Shown piece by piece: positions 37,587 through 47,028 of a stretch of DNA of 64,000 bases. The notes beneath the pieces are model-generated. The model worked only from the letters and a program-made list of their open reading frames with translations, ran no database searches and had not been told where the DNA came from. How positions within the stretch are numbered: position 1 is the stretch's first letter; every line of letters begins with the position of its first letter. The DNA is taken from positions 1,540 to 65,539 of the forward strand of contig JBJXFN010000061.1 of assembly GCA_046155535.1 (NCBI GenBank), given 5' to 3'. A program made the position numbers and the translations under genes. The DNA is from Burkholderiales bacterium. GTDB taxonomy: Bacteria; Pseudomonadota; Gammaproteobacteria; Burkholderiales; JACQAP01.

Positions 37587-38360
37587 TTAAGAAGTCCTGC
37601 TTTTTCGGGCGTCGAGGAACTTCTTCATGGCGGCCTGTGGCTCGCCGCTGGCGTAGGCCTGCTTCTGCGCGGCCTTGGCGGCCTCCAAGGCGTCGTCAAA
37701 GCCGGGCTGTGTCAGAGCACGGAAACGCTGTTTGGTGAGCCGCACCGCGGTGGGGGCGAGATTGGCGAGGTCGGCGGCGAGGGCCAGTGACTTGGTCAAG
37801 ACCTCGGTGCGCGGCACCAGGTGATTGATCAGGCCGATATCGTAGGCGCGTTGCCCGGATATCAATTCTCCGGTGAGGGACAGCGATACGTTGTGGGACA
37901 GGCCGATGTGCAGCGTCATCAAATAAGAGCCTACGATACTGGCAAGCCCGGCTTTGATTTCGGGTTGGCCGATCTTCATTTCGGGAAAACCGACGCGAAG
38001 GTCGGCGCACAAGCCGATCTGGAATCCCGCACCGGCGGCGACGCCATTGAAGGCGGCCACGCAGGGCTTGTCCAGATTGCGCACGGCGCCGTACATGGCG
38101 TGCTGGCGGGAGAGCCAGGTGTCCACGTCCGCGATTTGATAGCGGGACGTTTCGTCCAGATCCTGTCCCGAACAGAAGGCCCGCTCGCCGGCGCCGGTAA
38201 TGACCACGGTGCGGGTCCCGGCTTCGGCATTGAGTTCCGTGAGCAGGGTGATCAGCGTTTCGCGGCTTTCGACATTGACCGCGTTGAGTACCTTGGGGCG
38301 GTTCAAGGTGACGATGGCGATGTTGCCGCTGCGTTCGAGCGTGACACTGGTTCCCATCAC
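37587..38360 (-). CDS. Enoyl-CoA hydratase/isomerase family protein
   Basis: NIAIVTLNRPKVLNAV...VVITGAGERAFCSGQDL...AAFNGVAAGAGFQIGLCADLRV. Confidence 0.88.
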   Translation of the reverse strand: MMGTSVTLERSGNIAIVTLNRPKVLNAVNVESRETLITLLTELNAEAGTRTVVITGAGERAFCSGQDLDETSRYQIADVDTWLSRQHAMYGAVRNLDKPCVAAFNGVAAGAGFQIGLCADLRVGFPEMKIGQPEIKAGLASIVGSYLMTLHIGLSHNVSLSLTGELISGQRAYDIGLINHLVPRTEVLTKSLALAADLANLAPTAVRLTKQRFRALTQPGFDDALEAAKAAQKQAYASGEPQAAMKKFLDARKSRTS

Positions 38361-38387
38361 GTTTCCTTGTACATTAAAAATGTTGAA

Positions 38388-38517
38388 CCACGGAGAACAC
38401 GGAGGAAATGCGAGAACAAAACAAATAACTTGAAGCGTGGAAACACTTCATCGTAAACGGAAATGACGTCGGAAATGGTTTTTCCCGACAGGTTTTCTCC
38501 GGTGTTCGCTTTTCCTC
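38388..38517. repeat. Diverged member of the intergenic inverted-repeat element family (CACGGAG variant)
   Basis: The left module is CCACGGAGAACACGGAGGAAATGCGA. The right module is TCGCTTTTCCTC preceded by TTCTCCGGTGTTC. A 12-bp inverted repeat (GAGGAAATGCGA / TCGCTTTTCCTC) has one mismatch. The element is about 130 bp and intergenic. Confidence 0.4.
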
Positions 38518-38526
38518 GGGCAGGTG

Positions 38527-39042
38527 TCAGCGTTTCAACAAGTCTACCGCGACGACGCGGTAAGCCGGCCGATACGCCAGTCGGTAATCGTCCGAATGGC
38601 GCATGACCGGATAACCCGAACGAGCGATGTCGTCGAAGAATTCGATGACTCTGGTCTTTTCGAACGGCAGGTTTCCTGATCCGGCCAGGTCGCCGAGGCA
38701 GGCGCAGAATTTTTCCAGTTTTCCAGGCGTCGGTGCGTAACCGGCGGCCGTGTCGACAAAGGCCCGGTGCAAGTCCTCGATATCCCCTCCGGCGGCCAGA
38801 AAGGGCCGCAGGTGAATCCGCGCCAGTCGGCCGTCGGGCGAAATCACATCGTCGAGGGGATCCTGCGGACCGCCTTGCATGTTCGACACCTCGTCTTTCA
38901 GCCGTTTCAAGGCGGTGGCGGAGTCGGAGACAGCGTGCCCCGGCCCCAGCGCCGCCTGGTGCAGCAACTTGTAAATGTCCACCAGCTGCGACGCCGGATA
39001 TCTTGTAACGTGTTGTTGCAGCAACTGATTAATGAATTTCAT
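38527..39042 (-). CDS. Hypothetical protein (171 aa)
   Basis: The ORF is clean and has coding-like composition, with a motif DIYKLLHQAALGPGH. I cannot name a family. Confidence 0.5.
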   Translation of the reverse strand: MKFINQLLQQHVTRYPASQLVDIYKLLHQAALGPGHAVSDSATALKRLKDEVSNMQGGPQDPLDDVISPDGRLARIHLRPFLAAGGDIEDLHRAFVDTAAGYAPTPGKLEKFCACLGDLAGSGNLPFEKTRVIEFFDDIARSGYPVMRHSDDYRLAYRPAYRVVAVDLLKR

Positions 39043-39160
39043 GGAACCCTCGTTTGTCGTGAATGCGATCCTTGAAACACGCGCAGTAAGACCTTTCCGT
39101 CCAGCATCCAGATTTTCTTGCAGCTCTTTGGCAGCGAGGCTATTGTTTCATCAGTCGAAA

Positions 39161-39397
39161 CAAAACGGCTCATTGGATGAGGACGGAAACGTTTGGGCGG
39201 CGATGGGATGGGTGGGTGACGGCTACGACGGCGTGCATGTGTTCTCGCCGGACGGCACGCGCATCGGACTGATCCGGATGCCGGAAATCATCGGCAACCT
39301 GTGCTTCGGCGGAACCAAGCGCAATCGCTTGTTCATGGCGGGGAGCACGTCGCTTTACGCTGTGTACGTGGAAACCCGCGGCGGCACGTTGACTTGA
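39161..39397 (+). pseudogene. SMP-30/gluconolactonase/LRE-family gene, C-terminal remnant only
   Basis: The translation is SLDEDGNVWAAMGWVGDGYDGVHVFSPDGTRIGLIRMPEIIGNLCFGGTKRNRLFMAGSTSLYAVYVETRG. It matches the last two propeller blades of the family (D..GNlW.a....gV.vf.PdG.....i..Pe...N.cFGG.....Lf.t...slY). About 200 aa of N-terminal sequence have no counterpart upstream. Confidence 0.65.
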
Positions 39398-39420
39398 TCT
39401 TCGGACGAAGTGAAATGAAA

Positions 39421-39450
39421 AACGCGCGGTGTTCACCGCGCGTTTTTTTT
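39421..39450. terminator. Bidirectional rho-independent terminator
   Basis: AACGCGCGGTG-TT-CACCGCGCGTT is a perfect 11-bp stem. It is flanked by an A-run upstream and TTTTTT downstream, between convergent genes. Confidence 0.8.
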
Positions 39451-39453
39451 GTG

Positions 39454-39927
39454 TCAGAACGGCATGCTGTAACCAACCGTCACATAGTCGATATAGCTGT
39501 TGATCTGCGTGTATTCCACGTCGAGGATGCCGACTCCCATGCGAAAGCCGATTCCGATTCCTGCGGACAGACTGGTGTCACTGTCGAAATCGTCGTCCCA
39601 GAGAGCGACGCCGAGTTTGGCCTTGAGGTGAGTGGGGCCGTCGGTGCGATAAACTGCGTATCCTGCCAGTGAGTTGACGCTCCAATCGCGTTGCGTATCC
39701 AATTCACCATCGACAAGCCCCAGGTTGACGTCTGCTTCCCAGTAAATATTGTCCTGCAGATTGCGCGAAATGCGTCCGCCGATATTGACACCGTTGCCGT
39801 TGTTGTTGCCGTGCGGCTTCATGATCCCCACCGAGCCGCCAAACATCAGGGGTTGGTTCTGCTGGGCGTGGGCGACACCCGAAAGGGACGCGGAAGCTAA
39901 AGCCAACAGCAAAATAAATCGTTTCAT
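39454..39927 (-). CDS. Small outer-membrane beta-barrel protein (OmpW/OmpX-like porin family)
   Basis: Signal peptide MKRFILLLALASASLSGVAHA, an alternating amphipathic strand pattern, and a C-terminal ...VTVGYSMPF ending in Phe. Confidence 0.7.
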   Translation of the reverse strand: MKRFILLLALASASLSGVAHAQQNQPLMFGGSVGIMKPHGNNNGNGVNIGGRISRNLQDNIYWEADVNLGLVDGELDTQRDWSVNSLAGYAVYRTDGPTHLKAKLGVALWDDDFDSDTSLSAGIGIGFRMGVGILDVEYTQINSYIDYVTVGYSMPF

Positions 39928-40069
39928 GTGATACCTCTTTCATTGTGGAAAATTGCCGGGTTGCCGAAAACTATTTTCCGGCAACCCGGGCTATGTTGGT
40001 CATGACAACAAATATGCGCAAGTCCTCATTCTGTTGCCACACGAAGACAAACGGGTTTGGGCCTGGCGA

Positions 40070-40681
40070 TCAATCCGCGTATTTGACCGAACAGCCGTAG
40101 GGCGAGGACGTCGCTGCCGTGACCGCCTTGCCAGCGAGCGCTTCATCGAGGGCGGAGGCGACCAGGTTTTTGGCGATTGGGATATCACGTTCGCTGATCG
40201 AGGGCTTGTCGTCGATGCCGCCGACGTAAACCAGCGTCCCTTTCGGATCGACCACATACATGTGCGGGGTGGTGCGGGCGCTGTATTGCCTGCCCACTTT
40301 TCCGTCCGGATCCAGCAAGTGGGCCGAGGGTGAAGAATTCCAGTCCTCCAGAATGGCCTGCGACTGCGCGGCATCGCGAAAATCACTGTGCTTCGGGCTT
40401 GTGGAGTTGATGGCGAGCCAGACCACGCCCTTGCCGGTGTACCGCTTTTGCAGCCCCTGCATGTTGCCGCTCTCGTAGTGCTTCTGCACAAACGGACATC
40501 GCGAATTGAACCATTCGAGCACCACGTATTTTCCTCGGTAATCCGACAGTTTTTGCGGCTTGCCTTCGATATCCACCAGGGTGAAGTCAGGAGCCGGCTG
40601 GCCGGGAGCAACGGCGGCCTGGGCCGCGAAGACCGCGCAACATGACAGGACAAGCAAAAGCATCATTTTTCTCATCATCAT
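40070..40681 (-). CDS. Periplasmic thioredoxin-fold (redoxin/TlpA-like) protein
   Basis: A signal peptide is followed by APDFTLVDIEGKPQKLSDYRGKYVVLEWFNSRCPFV...TPHMYVVDPKGTLVY. Confidence 0.75.
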   Translation of the reverse strand: MMMRKMMLLLVLSCCAVFAAQAAVAPGQPAPDFTLVDIEGKPQKLSDYRGKYVVLEWFNSRCPFVQKHYESGNMQGLQKRYTGKGVVWLAINSTSPKHSDFRDAAQSQAILEDWNSSPSAHLLDPDGKVGRQYSARTTPHMYVVDPKGTLVYVGGIDDKPSISERDIPIAKNLVASALDEALAGKAVTAATSSPYGCSVKYAD

Positions 40682-40711
40682 TCTCCAGTCTGGTTTGCCG
40701 GCGAACCGGCG

Positions 40712-42829
40712 TTATTTTACCGGTGCAACAACGGCTGCCTCAATGGCAGACAGCACACGATCCTGCGTCAACAACTCGGACAACAACACTGGCGCGCGAT
40801 CGACCGCGGCGGCATACACGGCGTAGACGGGCACGCCGTTGCGCCCCAGAGCGCTCAGCGCGGCGGTGATATTGGCATCGCGATGGGTCCAGTCCGCGCG
40901 AAACAGTGCTACGTCGTTTCGGCGAAGGCGCGCGTCAACTTTCTCCGATTCCAGCACCAGGCGTTTGTTGACCTGGCAGGTAATGCACCAGGCCGCGGTG
41001 AAATCCACGAAGACCGCCTTGCCGGCGGCGCGAGCACGGGCCACGGCGGCTTCCGACCAGGGTTGCCAGGCTTGCTCGGATTCGATGGCCACACCTGTCC
41101 CGGCAGGCGCAGAAGCCGGCCAGGCGAACACGATGCCGGCGGCGGCCAGTGCAATGGCCAGCGCGGCGCTGACTTTTCGCAGCACGGTCTTTTCGCCACC
41201 CGAGCCGATCAGCCAGGCGGCGGCGGCGACGAAAATCAATCCGCCGGCCAGTCTTGCCATCGCGTCCACGCCCAACTGCCGGCCCAGCACCCAGGCGAGC
41301 CAGGCCACGGTGAGGTACAAGGGAAACGCCAGCACCTGTTTCAGGGTCAACATCCAGGCGCCGGGACGGGGAAGCCGTGCAATCAGGCGCGGAGAAAAAC
41401 TCAGCAGCAAATATGGTGCTGCCATGCCAAGGGCGAGCGCGGTGAATACGGTCATGGCCTCGGCCGCCGGCTGAACAAACGCGTAGCCCAGGGCTGCGCC
41501 CATGAAGGGCGCCGTGCAGGGGGTGGCGACCAGGGTGGCCAGTAATCCGGTGAGGGCCGAGTCGGCATAGGCGTTGCGAAATTTCAGATGCCCAAACCAG
41601 GACGGCAACCGGGTGCCGAACTCGAACACGCCGCTCAAATTCAGGGCCAGCACAAAAAACAGGACGGCGAGCATGGCCACCAAGGGCGGCGATTGCAGGG
41701 GATATCCCCAACCGAGCGCCTCACCTTGCGCGCGCAACATAAGAAGAATTCCCGCAATGATCCAGAACGAGACCAACACACCGGCTGTGAATGCCAGGCC
41801 GTGGGCCCGGAGGCTGCCAGGATTGCCGCGCGACTGCCCGACAAAGCCAAGCACCTTGATGGATACCACCGGAAACACGCAAGGCATGAGATTCAGCAGG
41901 ATGCCGCCCAGAAACGCCGCGGCGAGCGCGGCAAGCCAGCCGATGGAAGCCGTCTGGACGGAGGGTGCCGGGGCAACCGGAGCGGAATCGTCCGTCGGTG
42001 CTATCGCCGAAAAGGGCATCGATACCGTGGCTGCGCCGGTGATGTCGTCCAAACCGGAATCGGCGACCAGCAGGCCGTGCAGGGGGCCGGATTTTTTTGC
42101 AGCGTTTGGCGCAGCGGCGACGCGCAGTTCGTATGCTGTGGCGGATCGGAACAATGTTTGCGGCGCGGCGTTCTCTATCCAGCCGTCGGTATCGGGGAAA
42201 AACGTCAGGGCCGGAATGACGCGCGATTGGCCGGATTCTTCCAGTCGGATGACCAGATCGCCGCCGCGCAGGAACGCGCGGGGTGCCCAACCCTGCAATT
42301 CGCGTGGCAATCCCTGGCGCGTGCGTTCGAACTGCCGGCTCCAGCGTGCATCGGCGGCGGCGATCCCGCTGTCCACGGGAAGTTCCAATTTGAGTGTGGC
42401 GTCACCCGGAATGCAGATTTCCTCGCAGACCAGCCAGTCGGCGCGCGCCGTGACGGGAATCTTCGTGCCCGACGGGATTGTGTCCGGCACCTGGATGTCG
42501 GTGAGCAAAAAAATCTCGCCTTCGAATCCGAAATTGACCAGCGGTCCGACCTGGATGCGGCGCGGCACCGGCCACTGGATCGGCCCCGCCGCAAAGCCTG
42601 CCGGCAGCGTCCAGGTGATGCGGGTGGGTAATCCCGAATCGCCGGGATTTCTCCAGTAGGTATGCCAGTGCTTCTGCATCTTCAATCGCAGCGCAAGGGT
42701 GGCGGGCTCGCCGGGCCGCAGCGAGGTCTTCTCGGCAATGAGTTGCGCTTCGATATGAGGCGCCTTCACCGGATTGGCGAGGGCAGGCAGGACCAGGGCG
42801 CAAAGGAGGATTCCGATCAGGCGTGTCAT
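40712..42829 (-). CDS. DsbD/ScsB-family thiol:disulfide interchange protein (N-terminal periplasmic domain, DsbD TM core, C-terminal thioredoxin)
   Basis: 705 aa. The TM core carries conserved cysteines (LNLMPCVFPVVSIK and LVATPCTAPFMGAALG). The C-terminal Trx domain reads VFVDFTAAWCITCQVNK. Confidence 0.85.
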   Translation of the reverse strand: MTRLIGILLCALVLPALANPVKAPHIEAQLIAEKTSLRPGEPATLALRLKMQKHWHTYWRNPGDSGLPTRITWTLPAGFAAGPIQWPVPRRIQVGPLVNFGFEGEIFLLTDIQVPDTIPSGTKIPVTARADWLVCEEICIPGDATLKLELPVDSGIAAADARWSRQFERTRQGLPRELQGWAPRAFLRGGDLVIRLEESGQSRVIPALTFFPDTDGWIENAAPQTLFRSATAYELRVAAAPNAAKKSGPLHGLLVADSGLDDITGAATVSMPFSAIAPTDDSAPVAPAPSVQTASIGWLAALAAAFLGGILLNLMPCVFPVVSIKVLGFVGQSRGNPGSLRAHGLAFTAGVLVSFWIIAGILLMLRAQGEALGWGYPLQSPPLVAMLAVLFFVLALNLSGVFEFGTRLPSWFGHLKFRNAYADSALTGLLATLVATPCTAPFMGAALGYAFVQPAAEAMTVFTALALGMAAPYLLLSFSPRLIARLPRPGAWMLTLKQVLAFPLYLTVAWLAWVLGRQLGVDAMARLAGGLIFVAAAAWLIGSGGEKTVLRKVSAALAIALAAAGIVFAWPASAPAGTGVAIESEQAWQPWSEAAVARARAAGKAVFVDFTAAWCITCQVNKRLVLESEKVDARLRRNDVALFRADWTHRDANITAALSALGRNGVPVYAVYAAAVDRAPVLLSELLTQDRVLSAIEAAVVAPVK

Positions 42830-42923
42830 GTGCGGGGCTATTTTTTCAGGGCGCGCGAAGTCTCAGATGCCGTTCCAGGCAATTGGTTCATCGCCGTGAT
42901 GGCGATCGTGCTTGCGGACATGG

Positions 42924-44129
42924 TTACAGGCTGCTGCGGCGGACCTGTACACCGGGTCTGGTGGTGAGATCCGGAAGCAGTCTGGTGCCCAGGCCGGGTC
43001 CGCTCAGCGGATAAATGAAGCCGGCTTCCACCCTGGGCAAGTCGGTCAGGATGTCCTTGTACCACGTCGAGTAATAGGCGCGCACGACTTCCATGATCAA
43101 GGCATTGGGTATGTGCGCCATGAAATGAATGGAGGCCACCCACACCACCGGACCGTTGCAGTCGTGAGGCGCGACCGGTCTTTGCCAGGATTCGGCCAGG
43201 GCTGCGATCTTGCGCGCTTCGGTGAGTCCTCCGCACCAGCCGACGTCGAGCATCACCACATCGGCCGCCTGGTTGGCCAGCACATCGCGGAACGGATACA
43301 GCCCGCCCAGGGTCTCGCTGGCACACACCGGAATCGAAGTAGAGCGGGCGTATTCCTTGAGCGTGTCCACATCGCACATCTTGATCGGATCTTCCGCCCA
43401 ATAGGGGCGAAACGGTTCGAGCGCGCGGGCAATCTGCTTGGCCTGCTGCAAATTCCACAGCGAATGAAACTCGGCCATGATTTCGATGCGATCTCCCACC
43501 GCTTTGCGAATTTTTCGCCAGGGCTCCAAGGCCAGATCGAGATCGCGCGCCGGGATGAAGGATCCGCCGTTGTCTTCGGCGTAGGGGTCGAAGGGCCAGA
43601 TTTTCATGGCCCCGAAGCCTTCTTCGAGAAGACTATGGGCCAGCTCGTCGGCGCGATGCACAAAGGCGATCTGGTCATCGTAAGGACCTTGCGAGGTCGG
43701 CGGCGCGTCCCCGACGCGCAAGGCGCGGCGTGCCACGCTGCGCGTGTTGTAGTCGTACCCGGCACAAGTGTTGTAGGCGCGGATGCGCTCGCGACTCCGT
43801 CCTCCCAGCGCAACATGGATGGGTTGTTGGAGGGCCTGGCCGAAAATGTCCCACAGCGCGATGTCCACCACGGATGCGGCGCGTATTTCCGCACTGCTGG
43901 CGGCAAAGCCGAGGTACGCGTTCATTAGTTGGCGGTTATGGCGCGCAATGTCGAGCGGATTCTTGCCCAGCAGGTAAGGCGCAGCAAGTTCGTGGAGCTG
44001 GGCTTCGACTGCCTGCGCACCGCGCGAAGTTTCGCCCAGGCCGACGAGCCCTTCATCGGTGTGAATTTGCGCCAGCAAGAGGTTTGGCCGCTCCGGCAGG
44101 CGAATGGTCTCGATCGCGGTGATTTTCAT
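42924..44129 (-). CDS. Mandelate racemase/muconate lactonizing enzyme (enolase superfamily) dehydratase-like protein
   Basis: MKITAIETIRLPERPNLLLAQIHTDEGLVGLGET...DIALWDIFGQAL...MKIWPFD...AEDPI...VMLDVGWCGGLTEA. Confidence 0.8.
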   Translation of the reverse strand: MKITAIETIRLPERPNLLLAQIHTDEGLVGLGETSRGAQAVEAQLHELAAPYLLGKNPLDIARHNRQLMNAYLGFAASSAEIRAASVVDIALWDIFGQALQQPIHVALGGRSRERIRAYNTCAGYDYNTRSVARRALRVGDAPPTSQGPYDDQIAFVHRADELAHSLLEEGFGAMKIWPFDPYAEDNGGSFIPARDLDLALEPWRKIRKAVGDRIEIMAEFHSLWNLQQAKQIARALEPFRPYWAEDPIKMCDVDTLKEYARSTSIPVCASETLGGLYPFRDVLANQAADVVMLDVGWCGGLTEARKIAALAESWQRPVAPHDCNGPVVWVASIHFMAHIPNALIMEVVRAYYSTWYKDILTDLPRVEAGFIYPLSGPGLGTRLLPDLTTRPGVQVRRSSL

Positions 44130-44141
44130 TTCAGAAACCCG

Positions 44142-45128
44142 TTATTTGAGTTCTTCGGCCCGGATGCCCCGAGTCTGGATCAGGTCGCCCCAGCGTTTTC
44201 TTTCCGATGTCATCTGTGCGCCAAACGCGGCTGCCGTGCCGCCGCCGGGAGAGACTTCCATTTGCGCAAGACGGCTGAGGAGGTCCGGATCGGTCAGTGC
44301 TTCGTTGTAGGCGCGGTTGAGTTTTTCCACAATGGCGTGTGGCACCTCTTTTTGCACCATCAGTCCGAACCACGGTGCGATGACAAAACCCGGATAGCCG
44401 GATTCTTCCATGGTTGGGGTGGTGGGCAACGAGGCCAGACGGCGCGTGCCGGTCACCGCCAGGGCGCGCAAGTCGCCGGATTTGATATGCGGCAGGATGG
44501 AGGGTGAATTGTCGAAAAACATGTCGATCTGCCCGCCGCGCAAATCGGTAAGGGCCGGCGCGCTGCCCCGGTAAGGCACGTGCAGCACATCGATATTGGC
44601 GTCGATTCTGAGCAATTCCCCGGACAAGTGCGGACTGGATCCGTAGCCAGAGGAGCCGAAGCTGAGTTTGCCCGGATTCTTTCTGGCATGGGCGACCAGT
44701 TCTGCAACGTTTCCGGCAGGCACCTTGGGATGCACCGCGAGTACATTGGAGATGGACGCAAACAGAATGACCGGCTGGAAATCCCGGTCAAGATCGAATG
44801 CCAAATTTTTATAAAGCGCGGGATTGATCGCGCAGGTGCCGATCGTACATTGCACAAGCGTATAACCGTCGGCCGTGGCATGTGCGGCAGTTTCCGTCCC
44901 GAGGTTGCCGCCGGCGCCAGGGCGGTTGTCGATGATGATGGGCTGGCCGAGCGCGCGCGACGCGCGCTCCGAGATGACACGGGCAATCAGGTCGGACGAA
45001 CCAGCTGCCGGAAACGGCACGATCAAGGTGATAGGCCGGTTCGGGTAGTGGACCGGCTTCTGCTCTCCGCAACCACCGGTCCCGCCCAGCAAGGCGACCA
45101 CTGCGATGGCACCCATCAGCCTTTTCAT
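44142..45128 (-). CDS. Bug/TctC-family tripartite tricarboxylate transporter substrate-binding protein
   Basis: YPNRPITLIVPFPAGGSSDLIARV...IIDNRPGAGGNLGTE...GYTL...HVPYRGSAPALTDLRGGQIDMFFDN. Intact, 328 aa. Confidence 0.88.
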   Translation of the reverse strand: MKRLMGAIAVVALLGGTGGCGEQKPVHYPNRPITLIVPFPAAGSSDLIARVISERASRALGQPIIIDNRPGAGGNLGTETAAHATADGYTLVQCTIGTCAINPALYKNLAFDLDRDFQPVILFASISNVLAVHPKVPAGNVAELVAHARKNPGKLSFGSSGYGSSPHLSGELLRIDANIDVLHVPYRGSAPALTDLRGGQIDMFFDNSPSILPHIKSGDLRALAVTGTRRLASLPTTPTMEESGYPGFVIAPWFGLMVQKEVPHAIVEKLNRAYNEALTDPDLLSRLAQMEVSPGGGTAAAFGAQMTSERKRWGDLIQTRGIRAEELK

Positions 45129-45261
45129 CCTTGCTCCTGTGTTTTTTCGAATCGTCGCATTCTAATCATCAATGCGTGCCGCGTCCGCGGGTTGCTGTGT
45201 TGCCATAGGGGCCACTTGATCCGTCCATGCATCGGGTATAGTGCCCGCGCCCGAAGATGAT

Positions 45262-46248
45262 ATGGACAATCAAGGTGTGACGCCCCATACGCTCGAAGTG
45301 CTGCGCTTGCTGGAAGACGGAGAGTTCCATTCCGGCGAGGCGCTTGGCCGCACTCTGTCATTGACGCGGGCAACCATCTCGAACGCACTGGCCGACGTTG
45401 CCGACGCGGGACTGGTTGTGGACCGGGTGCATGGACGCGGCTACCGTCTGGTGACCCCGGTACAGTGGTTGTCGAAGGAGAAAATTGAAAGCAGCCTGGG
45501 ATCGCGGGCAGCGCACTTTTCGGTGGAACTGGTGGATCGAACAGGGTCCACGAACTCGGACCTCCTGGCACGCGTTGATGGCAGCGAACGTTCCGGAACC
45601 GTCAGGGTTGCAGAGATGCAATCCCAGGGTCGCGGTCGCCGGGGCAGTACCTGGCATGCGGGACTGGGAGGTGCATTGACGTTTTCCCTGTTGTGGCGCT
45701 TTGATCAGGGCGCGGGATTCCTGTCCGGGCTGAGTCTCGCGGTGGGGATCGCGCTGGCGCGGGTGGTGCACAGAAACGGTGGCGTCGAGACGAGGCTTAA
45801 GTGGCCGAATGACCTGCTCTGGAATCATCTCAAGCTGGCCGGCATCCTGATCGAACTGACCGGCGATATCATGGGTCCGACGACCGCAGTCATCGGCATC
45901 GGGATCAATCTGCGCCTTGGGGATGCCATTCGCGCGCGGGTGGACCAGCCCGTTACGGATCTGACCCGGCTCGGCATTCAACCGGACCGCAACAACCTGT
46001 TCGCCGACATCCTGGTTGAACTCGATACGGTGTTGCGCCAGTTTTCCACGTCAGGTTTCCGGCCGTTTCGAGGCGAATGGGACCGCCTGCACGCTTATCA
46101 AGATAAAATGGTTCGTGTGTACATGCCGGACAAATCGGAAATCGAAGGCAGGATAGAAGGTGTCGGCGACGACGGCGCCCTCTTGCTTTACACGCATACC
46201 GGCACCCGCAAATTTTATGGCGGGGAAATCAGCCTGCGTGCGACTTGA
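45262..46248 (+). CDS. birA: Bifunctional biotin--[acetyl-CoA-carboxylase] ligase / biotin operon repressor
   Basis: The N-terminal wHTH (LEVLRLLEDGEFHSGEALGRTLSLTRATISNAL) is followed by QGRGRRGSTWHA (biotin-binding GRGRRGR.W) and KWPNDL. The start is taken at ATG 45262; GTG 45241 is possible. Confidence 0.9.
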   Translation: MDNQGVTPHTLEVLRLLEDGEFHSGEALGRTLSLTRATISNALADVADAGLVVDRVHGRGYRLVTPVQWLSKEKIESSLGSRAAHFSVELVDRTGSTNSDLLARVDGSERSGTVRVAEMQSQGRGRRGSTWHAGLGGALTFSLLWRFDQGAGFLSGLSLAVGIALARVVHRNGGVETRLKWPNDLLWNHLKLAGILIELTGDIMGPTTAVIGIGINLRLGDAIRARVDQPVTDLTRLGIQPDRNNLFADILVELDTVLRQFSTSGFRPFRGEWDRLHAYQDKMVRVYMPDKSEIEGRIEGVGDDGALLLYTHTGTRKFYGGEISLRAT

Positions 46249-46290
46249 CCTTGTGCCAGGGCCACCGGGTTTGATGCGTTCCCGCCAGTC

Positions 46291-47028
46291 ATGATCCTCG
46301 TTGTGGACGCCGGCAACAGCCGGACAAAATGGGCGGTGCATCATGGCGGCCAGTTCACGCAGCACGGCTGGGTTCCCACCGCTGAAATCTTCGCGCTGGG
46401 CGAGGCCTGGAAGGCACTGCAATCACCCGATACGGTCACGATTGCGAATGTGGCCGGCGAGCGGGCGGCTGCGGAACTCCTTACCCAGGTGGGCCGCTGG
46501 AACCTGGCGCCGCACTTCGTGACGGCGATGCGCAACCAGTGCGGTGTTTCCAGCGGCTACGACGATCCTGCACAACTGGGCCCGGACCGTTGGGCCGCCT
46601 TGATCGGCGCTCGCGCGCTGTTAGCCTGCGATTGCCTGGTGGTCAATGTCGGTACTGCCATGACCGTGGACGCGCTGACCGGACAGGGGGATTTTCTTGG
46701 CGGCATCATCGTCCCCGGATACGAACTCATGCATGAAGCGCTGGCGACCAAAGCCGCCCGGTTATCCGCCGAGGAAGGCGTGTTCTCCAGATTTCCGCGC
46801 AGTACCCGCGATGCCATCACCAGCGGCGCAATCCAGGCTCTTTGCGGTGCCCTGGAGCGCATGCGGCAGGCGGTGCTGGATGCCGGCTACGCAGAACCCG
46901 CGCTGGTGTTCGGTGGTGGGGCGGCGCCGCAGGTGGCGCCACGATTAGGCCATCCGGTCAACATCGTCGAACATCTGGTGCTCGAAGGACTGGTCTGCAT
47001 CGCCGGCGAGCCGAAGGAAATTCGGTGA
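46291..47028 (+). CDS. coaX: Type III pantothenate kinase
   Basis: MILVVDAGNSRTKWAV...LGPDRWAALIGA...VVNVGTAMTVD...GGIIVPG. Confidence 0.92.
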   Translation: MILVVDAGNSRTKWAVHHGGQFTQHGWVPTAEIFALGEAWKALQSPDTVTIANVAGERAAAELLTQVGRWNLAPHFVTAMRNQCGVSSGYDDPAQLGPDRWAALIGARALLACDCLVVNVGTAMTVDALTGQGDFLGGIIVPGYELMHEALATKAARLSAEEGVFSRFPRSTRDAITSGAIQALCGALERMRQAVLDAGYAEPALVFGGGAAPQVAPRLGHPVNIVEHLVLEGLVCIAGEPKEIR

